DNA from: Candidatus Omnitrophota bacterium
GTDB lineage: Bacteria > Omnitrophota > Gorgyraeia > Zapsychrales > Zapsychraceae
Length of the DNA stretch: 64,000 bases
Reading direction: 5' to 3'
Assembly (NCBI GenBank): GCA_015233115.1
Contig: JADFYJ010000001.1
Span: 195,084-259,083, forward strand
Shown in pieces: positions 46,708 through 56,842 of this stretch; the stretch's first letter is position 1; the number at the start of each line of letters is the position of its first letter. A program made the translations under genes and the position numbers. The notes under the pieces are model-generated. The model saw only the letters and a program-made list of their open reading frames with translations. It made no database searches and was not told where the DNA came from.

Positions 46708-47550
46708 ATGAGTCATATGAAACGAAACATTATTGTCATTGATGAAGAAAAATGTAATGGTTGCGGCCAATGCGCATCCGGATGCCCGGAAGGCGCAATC
46801 CAAATGGTTAATGGTAAAGCGAAATTGGTCAGTGAAAATTATTGTGATGGTTTAGGCGCCTGCTTAGGAAGCTGTCCGGTTAATGCGATCACTGTTGAAC
46901 AAAAAGAAGTGGCCCAATATGATGAAAAGTCTGTTATGGAGCAAAGCATCATTCCTCAAGGGATCAATATGATTAACGCGCATTTAAAACATCTTAAAGA
47001 ACATAATCAAACTGACTATTTACACATGGCCGTAAATACATTAAAAGAGAAAGGATTTGATATGGAACCCATTCGAAATGCCATTCACGGGCAAAGCGGC
47101 GGAAGCTCCTGCGGCTGCCCTGGCTCACAAATGAAAGAAATAAAAAATAACAATCCATCAATTAACAGTTCATTGCCTCTATGTTCTGAATTATCCCAGT
47201 GGCCGATACAACTTCACTTAATTAGCCCGAGTGCTCCGTATTTTCAAAATGCCGATTTATTGATATCAGCGGACTGCGCGCCATTCGCGTTTGGAAATTA
47301 CCATCAGAAATTTTTAAAAGGAAAAAAAGTCATTACTTTCTGCCCTAAATTAGATGAATCCAGGGAAGAGTATATTGAAAAATTAACTGAACTATTAAGC
47401 GTCAATTCAATCAATTCCGTCAGTGTTGTGCGCATGGAAGTGCCTTGCTGTTCAGGGACAACTCAAATCATCGAAGAGGCAATTAAAAGATCAGGTAAAA
47501 GTTTAGTTTTAAGAGAATATGTCATATCACTCGATGGAAATATCATTTAA
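46708..47550 (+). CDS. Hcp-associated 2x[4Fe-4S] ferredoxin-domain protein
   Basis: CNGCGQCASGCP, CDGLGACLGSCP, QWPIQL, CPKLD and MEVPCC motifs. Confidence 0.88.
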   Translation: MSHMKRNIIVIDEEKCNGCGQCASGCPEGAIQMVNGKAKLVSENYCDGLGACLGSCPVNAITVEQKEVAQYDEKSVMEQSIIPQGINMINAHLKHLKEHNQTDYLHMAVNTLKEKGFDMEPIRNAIHGQSGGSSCGCPGSQMKEIKNNNPSINSSLPLCSELSQWPIQLHLISPSAPYFQNADLLISADCAPFAFGNYHQKFLKGKKVITFCPKLDESREEYIEKLTELLSVNSINSVSVVRMEVPCCSGTTQIIEEAIKRSGKSLVLREYVISLDGNII

Positions 47551-47611
47551 CGAAGGTCTTATGGACAATCAAAAATAATATTAGATAATAATCATAAAAA
47601 GGGAGGATTCT

Positions 47612-49237
47612 ATGTTTTGTTTTCAATGTCAGGAAACTGTACGTAATCAAGGCTGTACAATTCGCGGAGTATGCGGTAAACCAGATCAAACCGCAAATCT
47701 ACAGGATCTAATTGGTTATGTGTGTAAAGGGATTTCATTTTTAGCCGAAAAAGGGACACCTGACCTGGCTGTTGGTCGCTTTGTCGCCCGTGCCATGTTT
47801 TCTACGATCACCAACGCGAATTTTGATGATGACCGCATGATTGCGATTATCAAAGAAGGCTTAACCGTCCGGGATGCTTTAAAACAAAAAATCTGCAGCG
47901 GCGGATGTAGTTGTTCAGTACCTGATTGCGTATCATGGACTGCAAATACCAACGAAGCCTTACTAGAAAAATCTAAAACTGTCGGTGTTTTAGCCACTTC
48001 CAATGAAGATGTGCGGTCATTACAACAACTTTTAATTTATGGGATCAAAGGGATATCGGCGTATGCCACTCATGCCTCAGTCCTTGGCTATGAAGATCCT
48101 ACAATTTTTAATTTTATCTTTGAGGGATTAGCTTCAACTGTAAAAAGCCTTCCTGTTGATGAAATGGTAGGCTTAGTTATGAAATGCGGACAAACGGCTG
48201 TAACGACCATGGCTTTATTAGACAAAGCTAATACCTCAACGTATGGCAAACCCGAAATTACTAAAGTAAATATCGGTGTCCGAAAAAATCCGGGAATTCT
48301 TATATCTGGGCACGATTTAAAAGATATGGAAGAGCTTCTTAAACAAACCGAAGGGACAGGCGTGGATGTTTATACGCACAGTGAAATGCTCCCTGCCAAT
48401 TATTACCCAGCGTTTAAAAAATATTCACATTTTGTAGGAAATTACGGCGGCTCCTGGTGGCATCAAAATGATGAATTTGAATCATTTAACGGGCCGATAT
48501 TAATGACTACCAACTGTATCATACCTGTCAAAGAATCATATAAAAATCGTTTTTTTACGACCGGCATGGCTGGATACCCAGGCGTAACGCATTTACCTGA
48601 ACCCCAAGCAGGAAAACCTAAAGATTTTTCGGAAATTATAACTTTAGCTAAAAAATGTTCATCTCCGAAAGAGCTGGAAACCGGTGAAATTGTTGGAGGT
48701 TTTGCCCACGATCAAATTTTAGCTTTGGCGGATACAGTCGTAGCCGCTGTCAAATCAGGAGCAATTAAACGGTTTGTGGTCATGGCAGGATGTGACGGCC
48801 GGTTTACTACCCGCAAATATTTCACTGATGTCGCAGAAACCTTACCCAAAGACACGATTATTCTCACTGCCGGATGCGCAAAATACCGGTATAACAAACT
48901 TAAATTAGGCGATATCGGCGGAATACCGCGTGTTTTGGATGCGGGACAGTGCAATGATTCATACTCCTTAGCTCTGGTGGCGCTGAAACTTAAGGAAGTA
49001 TTCGGATTGCAGGATGTCAATGAACTTCCTTTGTCATTTGATATCGCATGGTATGAACAAAAAGCAGTCGCAGTTTTATTAGCTGTTTTATCGTTAGGAT
49101 TCAAAAATATTCGGCTTGGGCCAACCTTACCGGCGTTTTTGTCTCCTAATATTGCTAAAGTTTTGGTTGAGAAATTCGATATTAAACCCACTACAGAAGC
49201 GGAAACTGATGTCGCAGCTATGATGGCAGGTAAATAA
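47612..49237 (+). CDS. hcp: hybrid cluster protein (hydroxylamine reductase)
   Basis: MFCFQCQE..C...GVCGK, GHDL, HSEMLP, GQCNDSY and WYEQKA motifs. Confidence 0.97.
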   Translation: MFCFQCQETVRNQGCTIRGVCGKPDQTANLQDLIGYVCKGISFLAEKGTPDLAVGRFVARAMFSTITNANFDDDRMIAIIKEGLTVRDALKQKICSGGCSCSVPDCVSWTANTNEALLEKSKTVGVLATSNEDVRSLQQLLIYGIKGISAYATHASVLGYEDPTIFNFIFEGLASTVKSLPVDEMVGLVMKCGQTAVTTMALLDKANTSTYGKPEITKVNIGVRKNPGILISGHDLKDMEELLKQTEGTGVDVYTHSEMLPANYYPAFKKYSHFVGNYGGSWWHQNDEFESFNGPILMTTNCIIPVKESYKNRFFTTGMAGYPGVTHLPEPQAGKPKDFSEIITLAKKCSSPKELETGEIVGGFAHDQILALADTVVAAVKSGAIKRFVVMAGCDGRFTTRKYFTDVAETLPKDTIILTAGCAKYRYNKLKLGDIGGIPRVLDAGQCNDSYSLALVALKLKEVFGLQDVNELPLSFDIAWYEQKAVAVLLAVLSLGFKNIRLGPTLPAFLSPNIAKVLVEKFDIKPTTEAETDVAAMMAGK

Positions 49238-49241
49238 AAAG

Positions 49242-49423
49242 GTCACAAGGACACAAAGTCACAAGGACACAAAGTCACAAGGTCACAAAGGTAAAATAAT
49301 TATTAAAATGCGATTAACCAAAAACATGAATGATTTTGACATGAAAGAAAATAATTGTTTTTTAAATATTTTTTTATTTTTATGTTTATTCGTTGTTTTA
49401 CGTGTGACCTTGTGACTTGTGGC
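49242..49423. repeat. GTCACAA 8-mer inverted tandem-array element, copy 2
   Basis: Six left units and about three degenerate right units. Confidence 0.8.
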
Positions 49424-49431
49424 TTTTCAAT

Positions 49432-49461
49432 AAAAAGCCGTCTATGATAGACGGCTTTTTT
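49432..49461. terminator. bidirectional intrinsic terminator
   Basis: AAAAAGCCGTCTAT-G-ATAGACGGCTTTTTT. Confidence 0.85.
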
Positions 49462-49642
49462 GTGTTACCTAATCCAAGAAGAGACTGAGCACCATTCTTA
49501 GATCAGGAACTGCGCCTTACGCGAAATCGGCTGTATCGCCTTTGCTAAATAGCGTAAGGTTAATGCAGACACTCAAACTTTAAATATAAAAAGATCGGGT
49601 TTGAGAACATTAAACCGTATTTTTTAATCCAAGCCCACGGTT

Positions 49643-49660
49643 AATAATGATTCTCATCTT
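49643..49660. promoter_or_regulatory. possible Fur box
   Basis: AATAATGATTCTCATCTT partially matches GATAATGATAATCATTATC, ~200 bp upstream of a TonB-dependent receptor. Confidence 0.4.
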
Positions 49661-49865
49661 GAGCATGGCCATTCATAAATTTACACATTTATGAAAGGCT
49701 CATTTTTTCGTGCTCGTACCCGATCGTTATCAAAGATCTTATCTATTTTTAGTATAACGAATGAAACAAAAATATATATAGGACTAAAGTTTCATTGATC
49801 CGTAATTTTTCTTGTGATTATGGCGTAGTTATGCTAATTTTTGAGGTTAAATTAAGAGGAGACTT

Positions 49866-51560
49866 ATGAAAAAATTAGCCCTAAGTATGCTGCTTCTTTT
49901 TATTCCAGCCATGTCAAAGGCAGCGATATATGACTTGGAACCAATAAAAATTTATAGTTTGAACAATAACGGCCAAGATGCAGCTAATACTCAAAACATC
50001 CCCAACAGCTCATCTGGCGTAGATATCCAAACCCGGGTTGATGAAGGCATTCTCCAGGATATTTCAATCCGGGGCGGCACTTTTGAAGACGCGGATGTAC
50101 GGATGAACGGTGTCAATTTAGACAATCCGCAGACTGGCCACTTCAACTTGGCTTTGCCGATAGTATCGACAGATATTATCAATAGTAAAGTTGACCTTAA
50201 CGGCCAATATATTGATTACAATCTCAAAATGCCCCAAAAAAATGAGGCCATGGTTCGGGTTTCTGCCGGAAATGGCGGATACGCGGATACATTGATATCA
50301 GCTTCTTTTGGAAAAAATAATACTTTCAACCGTTTCTCGTATGAAGGTATGCGTACTGACGGACTTTTACCCCAAACTGATGCCGATAAAAATGCGGTTT
50401 CCTATACTTTTTTTCATGACGCGGATTTTATGACTTCGAAAATTTATGCTTCATATCTAAATAAAAATTATGGAGCAGGCGGCGCGTACGGCGCTCCCTG
50501 GTATATGGCAGAAGAAGAGCATCTTGAGCAGCATTATTTAATGAGCCAGCTGACATTTAAACAAAATTTAGATCTTGAACTCACGCCATATATTTACCGG
50601 ACTGATGATACATTTTTTTTGAACCGTGATGATCGTACTCATAATCGCAATGACCACACCATGTATGTTTATGGAAATAATGCTAAATCTTTTTTTCTTG
50701 ATCGCTTATTTTATGGCGAATTAGATGTGCGGGAAGAAAGTATTGATTCAACGAATTTACTGGAACATAACCGGTTGGTATATGAAATGGGTTTGGGCCA
50801 GGAAGAAAAACAATTTGGAAAATTCGGTTACAACTTTTACGGTGGGTTATTATCATTAGACGGATATCCTTATAAATTTACACCCAAAGCCGGCATATTC
50901 TATGATGTGGCTCAAGGCTGGCGCGTCACTTTAGACGCGGCTAGAAAATATCGTCAACCATCATTTACAGAGCTATATTATTATTCTCCATCAAGTCATG
51001 GCAACAATACTTTAGTGCCCCAGCAATCGTCTAATTATGAATTAGGATTGACACGTAAATCTTCCGGATGGTTGTGGCGGGTTAACGGCTTTTATCGGCA
51101 TCAGGAAAATACAATTGATTGGGTAAAAAATAATAGCGATACTTTTTATCGCGCTATTAATGCCGGTCAATTAGAGGCCAGAGGATTTGATCTTAAATGG
51201 CAATACGACGCAAATTGGAAATTTTTAAAACGAATATCAGCAGAATATACCGGATTATTTCTCAATAAACAAAATAATTGGGATATGTCAAAATACGCGT
51301 TCGAATATTTGCAGGACCGTCTGGTATGTAAATTCGAACAATCAATAGGAAAATGGGACTTTGATGTGTCATATATTTATGAAGACCATATTAGTCAAAA
51401 AGGGCGCTCGCTGGTTAATGGCGGGGTGGTTTATAAAATGGCGCCGCGTAAGAGTATATTTTTAAGAGTGGATAATCTTTTTGATTTTGATTATTATGAA
51501 TTGCCGTATATAAGAGGAACCCCGGTTTCGGTTAAGGGGGGAATGGAGATAAAATTTTGA
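49866..51560 (+). CDS. TonB-dependent receptor (short plug region)
   Basis: ISIRGG plug motif, YRQPSFTELY, L.PQQSSNYELG and VDNLFD motifs; terminal Phe. Confidence 0.88.
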   Translation: MKKLALSMLLLFIPAMSKAAIYDLEPIKIYSLNNNGQDAANTQNIPNSSSGVDIQTRVDEGILQDISIRGGTFEDADVRMNGVNLDNPQTGHFNLALPIVSTDIINSKVDLNGQYIDYNLKMPQKNEAMVRVSAGNGGYADTLISASFGKNNTFNRFSYEGMRTDGLLPQTDADKNAVSYTFFHDADFMTSKIYASYLNKNYGAGGAYGAPWYMAEEEHLEQHYLMSQLTFKQNLDLELTPYIYRTDDTFFLNRDDRTHNRNDHTMYVYGNNAKSFFLDRLFYGELDVREESIDSTNLLEHNRLVYEMGLGQEEKQFGKFGYNFYGGLLSLDGYPYKFTPKAGIFYDVAQGWRVTLDAARKYRQPSFTELYYYSPSSHGNNTLVPQQSSNYELGLTRKSSGWLWRVNGFYRHQENTIDWVKNNSDTFYRAINAGQLEARGFDLKWQYDANWKFLKRISAEYTGLFLNKQNNWDMSKYAFEYLQDRLVCKFEQSIGKWDFDVSYIYEDHISQKGRSLVNGGVVYKMAPRKSIFLRVDNLFDFDYYELPYIRGTPVSVKGGMEIKF

Positions 51561-51623
51561 AATTGTGACAATGTAACAATGTGGCATTGAAAAATCGATT
51601 ATTGTAAAGCGCGCGGATTGGGC

Positions 51624-51711
51624 GGTTAGCATTTAAACCGAATCCTTCGCTCAAACAACCTTGGCGAAGCGCCAAGGAAACTCGCTCGGGGATTCAGTTT
51701 AAAAGTTAACC
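51624..51711. repeat. structured intergenic motif (TTCGCTCAAACA type), copy 1
   Basis: Nested hairpins; homologous to 58466-58580. Confidence 0.7.
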
Positions 51712-51775
51712 TTGTGTTTGGGCACGCGGTTTTCTATTTTTTACATTGTCATTGTTCCTCTGTCAGGATAAAAAA

Positions 51776-52156
51776 ATGGTCATTGAAAAAATTCGGGTTG
51801 ATAAATGGTTGTGGGCCGTACGGATTTTTAAGACACGATCGCTGGCTTCTGAAATGTGCGAGAGAGAAAAGGTTTGGATTGAAGGTCAGCACGTGAAGCC
51901 GTCCCGGGAAGTGAAAGTTGGTCAAAAAATTAAAGTCCGCAAAGATAATATTGATTGGGAATATGAAATTTTAAAATGTATAGATAAAAGAGTGAGCGCG
52001 ACTGTTGCCAATGAATGCAGAAAAGACATTACGCCGCCGGAAATCATTGAACGCGCTAAATTGATTCGCAGTATGTGGGTGCCGAGGCGCGAACCAGGAG
52101 AAGGCCGGCCAACTAAAAAAGAACGCAGAGATTTAGATAAATTCATGGATTATTAA
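51776..52156 (+). CDS. hslR: ribosome-associated heat shock protein Hsp15 (S4 domain)
   Basis: RVDKWLWAVRIFKTRSLA and GRPTKKERR motifs. Confidence 0.93.
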   Translation: MVIEKIRVDKWLWAVRIFKTRSLASEMCEREKVWIEGQHVKPSREVKVGQKIKVRKDNIDWEYEILKCIDKRVSATVANECRKDITPPEIIERAKLIRSMWVPRREPGEGRPTKKERRDLDKFMDY

Positions 52157-52160
52157 GCAT

Positions 52161-52922
52161 ATGCTTCTTGATGCGCATATTCATTTACAAGATATCAAAA
52201 CGGATTCTGAGCTTACTGATATTTTCAATCTAGCAACTCAGCAGCGGATCGGCAAAATGTTTTGTAATGGAATTAAACCGTCGGATTGGCAAAAAGTCCG
52301 ACAGATCGCTCAACAAGACCAAAAAGTCATACCGTTTTTTGGTGTCCATCCCTGGCAGGTCGACTCAATCGAAGATTCCTGGCTGGCAGAACTCAAAAAA
52401 TATTTACGCGAAGTTCCGTTATCAGGTGTTGGCGAAATTGGATTAGATAAAACCCGCAATGCCGGAAAATTTGATAAACAGCTAAATGTGTTTAACAAAC
52501 AAATTGAATTAGCAGTTGAGTTGAAACGGCCTTTTGTGGTGCATTGCGTACACGCCTGGGAAAATCTTTTTGAATGCTTAAAACCATTCAATTTTAAAAA
52601 TCAGCCGTTTATCATTCATTGTTTTATAGGTTCACTAGAAATAGCAAGCCGGTTGATACAGTCGGGCGCATATTTATCCATATCTTTGAAACTGCTCTCA
52701 GATAAAAATCAACATTCTTTATCTGAAGTATTTCAAAAATTACCTTTAGACCGGATTTTACTGGAAACAGATTATCCATATACCCCTCGTTCTTTAGAAC
52801 CGGCGTCATATTCAACCTATCTCAGACAGATGTATGAGAAAGCCGCTCTGTTAAAACAAATCGAACCCGCACAATTAGAAAAGGTTATCTGGCAAAATGG
52901 CACAATCCTCACAACTTTCTAA
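52161..52922 (+). CDS. TatD family hydrolase
   Basis: DAHIH, GVHPW, GEIGLD and LLETDYP motifs. Confidence 0.93.
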   Translation: MLLDAHIHLQDIKTDSELTDIFNLATQQRIGKMFCNGIKPSDWQKVRQIAQQDQKVIPFFGVHPWQVDSIEDSWLAELKKYLREVPLSGVGEIGLDKTRNAGKFDKQLNVFNKQIELAVELKRPFVVHCVHAWENLFECLKPFNFKNQPFIIHCFIGSLEIASRLIQSGAYLSISLKLLSDKNQHSLSEVFQKLPLDRILLETDYPYTPRSLEPASYSTYLRQMYEKAALLKQIEPAQLEKVIWQNGTILTTF

Positions 52923-53607
52923 AATCAAAAAACGTTTGCGTGATTTTGCGTCTCCGGAAGACGCAGTATTTTTGCAACGTTTTTTTAAAACCGGGCCCGG
53001 CCAATATGGCGAAGGTGACATATTTATTGGGGTCCGCGTGCCAAATACGCGTATTGTCGCAAAAGAATTTAGCACTTTGCCAATCGAAGACATCAAAGCA
53101 TTGCTGAAATCGCCTATCCATGAAGAACGGTTGTTAGCTTTGATCATATTGACCATTAAATTTGCCAATGCATCCGTACAAATCCAAAAAGAAATTTTTG
53201 AAATTTATTTGTCATATACCCAGTATATTAATAATTGGGATCTAGTAGACGTAACAGTCCCGCATGTGGTCGGCGCATATTTGTTTGAACGCCCACGTTC
53301 CATATTACAAAAAATGGCAAAATCAAATCTTTTATGGGACCGCAGGATTGCTATTGTATCAACGCATTATTTTATCCGTCACCATGATTTTTCAACTACA
53401 CTAAACATTTCGGAAATGTTATTAAAAGATAAAGAAGATCTCATTCACAAAGCCACAGGCTGGATGCTAAGAGAAGTCGGAAAAAGGAATGCAGATATTT
53501 TACGTTCCTTTTTAGATAAACACGGGTCTATTATGCCGCGTACCATGCTAAGATACGCGATAGAAAAATTTACGCCCGAAGAAAGAAAGTTTTATTTAAA
53601 TGGATAA
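52897..53607 (+). CDS. DNA alkylation repair protein (AlkD-like)
   Basis: FFKTGPGQYGEGD, NNWDLVD and KATGWMLRE motifs. Confidence 0.9.
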   Translation: MAQSSQLSKIKKRLRDFASPEDAVFLQRFFKTGPGQYGEGDIFIGVRVPNTRIVAKEFSTLPIEDIKALLKSPIHEERLLALIILTIKFANASVQIQKEIFEIYLSYTQYINNWDLVDVTVPHVVGAYLFERPRSILQKMAKSNLLWDRRIAIVSTHYFIRHHDFSTTLNISEMLLKDKEDLIHKATGWMLREVGKRNADILRSFLDKHGSIMPRTMLRYAIEKFTPEERKFYLNG

Positions 53608-54544
53608 TATGTTACCGCCGAAATTTTTGGAAAGGCTTAAATTAATACTCCCCGCAGAGCATTATGTTAATGTTCTTAATACATTGGCAGGGCCCCGGTC
53701 TTATTGGATAAGAGTCAACACTTTAAAATCAAACGTTTCTGATGTCGCGCAAATTCTTAAAACTGCTGATATTAAATACCAAACTGTTCCATATTTCCCG
53801 TCAGCGTTACTTATTGTTAAAAGCGAAAACAATTCCATGATCATAGATAATCTTATTGCTCAAGGAATTTTATATCCGCAAAATATTTCCAGCATGCTTC
53901 CCGCCATCATTTTGAATCCGCAGCCAGAAGAAAATATTCTCGACACCTGCGCGGCTCCGGGCAGTAAAACATCACAAATGTCTGCCATGATGAATAATCA
54001 AGGTACAATCCGTGCGATTGACGCGGTTCCCAAACGGTTATTCAAGCTTAGATCTGTGATGCAGTTGTTAGGTGTAACCAATGTGACGTCTACATGCTGT
54101 GACTTCCGCAGATTTGTCTCAACCGGCCAAATGTTCGATAAAATCCTGGTCGACGCGCCGTGCAGTTCTGAAGGACGGTTTTCAGCTCATGATACGGACA
54201 GTTACGCTTACTGGAGTGAACGTAAAATCAAAGAAATGGTGCAAAAACAACGGGGCATTTTATTATCTGCCAGCCGATTACTCAGCCAAAACGGAATACT
54301 AATTTATTCCACTTGCACATTTGCCCCTGACGAAAATGAAGGGGTTATTGACTGGTTTTTAAGAAAAACAAAATTACCTTTTGAAGTCGTACCAGTATCA
54401 TTGCCAAACGAAGTGCCAACTTATCCAGCGATAACCCAATGGTCAAAGAAGCCATATGCTGAAGAAACTGCGAAATGCCTTAGAGTTTTACCTGACGGCT
54501 CTTACGAAGGTTTTTTTATGGCGGTCTTAAAACATAAAATATAA
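53600..54544 (+). CDS. RsmB/NOP2 family RNA m5C methyltransferase
   Basis: DTCAAPGSKT, LVDAPCS and YSTCT motifs. Confidence 0.93.
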   Translation: MDNMLPPKFLERLKLILPAEHYVNVLNTLAGPRSYWIRVNTLKSNVSDVAQILKTADIKYQTVPYFPSALLIVKSENNSMIIDNLIAQGILYPQNISSMLPAIILNPQPEENILDTCAAPGSKTSQMSAMMNNQGTIRAIDAVPKRLFKLRSVMQLLGVTNVTSTCCDFRRFVSTGQMFDKILVDAPCSSEGRFSAHDTDSYAYWSERKIKEMVQKQRGILLSASRLLSQNGILIYSTCTFAPDENEGVIDWFLRKTKLPFEVVPVSLPNEVPTYPAITQWSKKPYAEETAKCLRVLPDGSYEGFFMAVLKHKI

Positions 54545-54630
54545 AATAATTATCCCGAAATAATTTTTTTATAATAAAATAACATCTGCGTCTTAATGCA
54601 TATTTTATAAACTTAACTAAAGGGGCCTTA

Positions 54631-55341
54631 ATGAAAACAACCTTATTGATTCCCGTTCTGAACGAAATTGACGGTTTAAAGGCTATTATGCCCCAAATTA
54701 AGCGGGAATGGGTTGACCAAATCCTTTTTGTTGACGGACAATCAACAGACGGCACAGTCGATTGGATTAAACAAAACGGCTATGAATATGTCATCCAACA
54801 GAAAAAAGGCATGCGTTATGCCTATTTAGAGGCCTGGCCTCACATTAAAGGCGATGTTGTTTTAACTTTTAGCCCTGACGGCAACTCTGTGTCAGATCGT
54901 ATTCCTCCTTGTATTGAAAAGATGAAGGAGGGATATGACATGGTCATTGTGTCCCGCTACGCGCCAGGCGCCAAAAGCGATGATGATGACGCGATTACCG
55001 GATTTGGCAACTGGATGTTCACCTCATTGATTAATCTCTGCCATGGCGGGCATTATACGGATGCTATGGTTATTTACCGCGCTTACCGCAAGGATCTTAT
55101 TTATGAATTAGGCTTAGATCTGGATAAACATTATGAAGTTGAAGAAAAGCTTTTCCACACCCGCGTGAGCTGGGAACCATTGTTGTCCATGCGCGCGGCC
55201 CGTAAAAAACTCCGCATTGCTGAAATTCCTGGAGATGAACCTGCCCGTTTAGGCGGAGTCCGTAAACTGCAAATCATCCGTTGGGGATCCGTATTCATGT
55301 ACGAATTGATCCGGGAAATGTTTATCAAAAATTACAAATAA
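54631..55341 (+). CDS. GT2 glycosyltransferase (DPM1-like)
   Basis: IPVLNE, VDGQSTDGT and SPDG motifs. Confidence 0.9.
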   Translation: MKTTLLIPVLNEIDGLKAIMPQIKREWVDQILFVDGQSTDGTVDWIKQNGYEYVIQQKKGMRYAYLEAWPHIKGDVVLTFSPDGNSVSDRIPPCIEKMKEGYDMVIVSRYAPGAKSDDDDAITGFGNWMFTSLINLCHGGHYTDAMVIYRAYRKDLIYELGLDLDKHYEVEEKLFHTRVSWEPLLSMRAARKKLRIAEIPGDEPARLGGVRKLQIIRWGSVFMYELIREMFIKNYK

Positions 55342-55357
55342 TCTTTAATTTTCACTC

Positions 55358-55396
55358 TTGACTTTTTGATTTTATATGTTACTATTGGTAGTAACA
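55358..55396 (+). promoter_or_regulatory. trp promoter with candidate TrpR operator
   Basis: TTGACT -35 and TGnTACTAT extended -10; palindrome TGTTACTA-TTGG-TAGTAACA (55377-55396) covers the -10. Confidence 0.7.
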
Positions 55397-55405
55397 GCAA
55401 TACTT

Positions 55406-55430
55406 GTAGGGACAGGTCCCCGACCTGTCC
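55406..55430. repeat. GTAG-type REP
   Basis: GTAG followed by the hairpin GGACAGGT-CCCCG-ACCTGTCC. Confidence 0.7.
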
Positions 55431-55447
55431 GTAAAAAGTAAACCCAT

Positions 55448-56842
55448 ATGAAACCAAAAATCACAATTAAAACCATACCTGCCGACCGATTCACGCCGCT
55501 GGTGGTATTTAAAAAATTAGCGGGAAAAGCTCTGCTGGAATCAGCCGTTCTAGAAATCGGGAAGAGCCGTTATTCCATTATTCTGGTTGAAGAAGCTTTC
55601 CGCCTAATTTTAGATAAAAACGGTGTTCATTGCCTTGAAAACGGTAAAAAGCGCGCCATCACCCGCGACCGTAAAAAATTTCTCGAACTCGTCGAAGAGG
55701 CAGGGAAAAAAGTGCGGACCCAGGAAAATTTTTCCATTCCAATCCCCGCGGCTGGCTTAGGCTACCTGGGCTATGAAACGGCCATGCTGTTTGATAAAAT
55801 CAATCTGGCAAAACAGCAGGATGAATTAAATCTACCGGACAGCATTTTTATGTTTGGTTCCATTTTTGCCATATTTGATCACTATAAATCCGAATTACAT
55901 CTGGTGGCCATTGATCAGCAAGGCTCGGTTAATGCTAAAAACAAATTGGAGGGATTGGCTTTAAGATTGTTGGATGATGATTTCCGCGCCTATAAATCGA
56001 ACGATGCGCATTTTGAATATTCAGCAGATATCGAAGCTGGTAAACAACAATTTATTTCCGGCGTCAAAACTATAAGGGATCATATCATTGCCGGCAATTT
56101 AGTGCAGGCGGTCTTATCCCGTAGAGTTGACGTTAAAACACATTTACCCGCCATTGAAGCTTACAGCCGGTTACGCCGAGAAAATCCTTCTCCATATTTA
56201 TTCTATTTGGATTTTGATGATTTTCAATTATTAGGCGCGTCGCCTGAACTCATGGTTTCTTTATCCGGAGATATTGCCACTATTAAACCTATTGCCGGAA
56301 CCAGACGCAGAGGCAAAGACCGCGCTGAAGATGTAGCTTTAGAGAAAGAATTGCTCGCCGATGAAAAAGAACGAGCTGAACATTTAATGCTGGTTGATTT
56401 GGCCCGCAATGATTTAGGGCGAGCGGCCGCATCAGGAAAAGTGACACCTGTCCATCTTTATGGCGTTGAACGTTATGCTCATGTTATGCACATTGTATCG
56501 GAAATAGAAGCGCCGTTACGTAAAGATCAAACGGCGTGCGATCTGATCAAAGCGACTTTTCCTGCCGGTACAGTATCCGGAGCGCCTAAAATCATGGCCA
56601 TGCAGATTGTTTCACAAATTGAAAAAACCAAACGCGGACCATACGCGGGATTAATTGGACATTTTGACGTCAATGGCAATTTCGAATCATGTATCACGAT
56701 CCGTTCATACATTCATAAAAATGACCATTATTATATTCAGGCAGGGGCAGGAATTGTTTATGATTCTGTGCCGGAAAAAGAATTCGAAGAAACAGTTTAT
56801 AAATCCAAAGCGCTGATCAAAGCCTTGGGAGTAAAAATATGA
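55448..56842 (+). CDS. trpE: anthranilate synthase component I
   Basis: [26 protein letters not shown] and [10 protein letters not shown] motifs. Confidence 0.95.
   Translation: MKPKITIKTIPADRFTPLVVFKKLAGKALLESAVLEIGKSRYSIILVEEAFRLILDKNGVHCLENGKKRAITRDRKKFLELVEEAGKKVRTQENFSIPIPAAGLGYLGYETAMLFDKINLAKQQDELNLPDSIFMFGSIFAIFDHYKSELHLVAIDQQGSVNAKNKLEGLALRLLDDDFRAYKSNDAHFEYSADIEAGKQQFISGVKTIRDHIIAGNLVQAVLSRRVDVKTHLPAIEAYSRLRRENPSPYLFYLDFDDFQLLGASPELMVSLSGDIATIKPIAGTRRRGKDRAEDVALEKELLADEKERAEHLMLVDLARNDLGRAAASGKVTPVHLYGVERYAHVMHIVSEIEAPLRKDQTACDLIKATFPAGTVSGAPKIMAMQIVSQIEKTKRGPYAGLIGHFDVNGNFESCITIRSYIHKNDHYYIQAGAGIVYDSVPEKEFEETVYKSKALIKALGVKI

Noticed and set aside
49465-49860. Cobalamin riboswitch before the TonB-dependent receptor
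   Set aside because: Could not find the GGGAA, GCCACTG or B12-box blocks.
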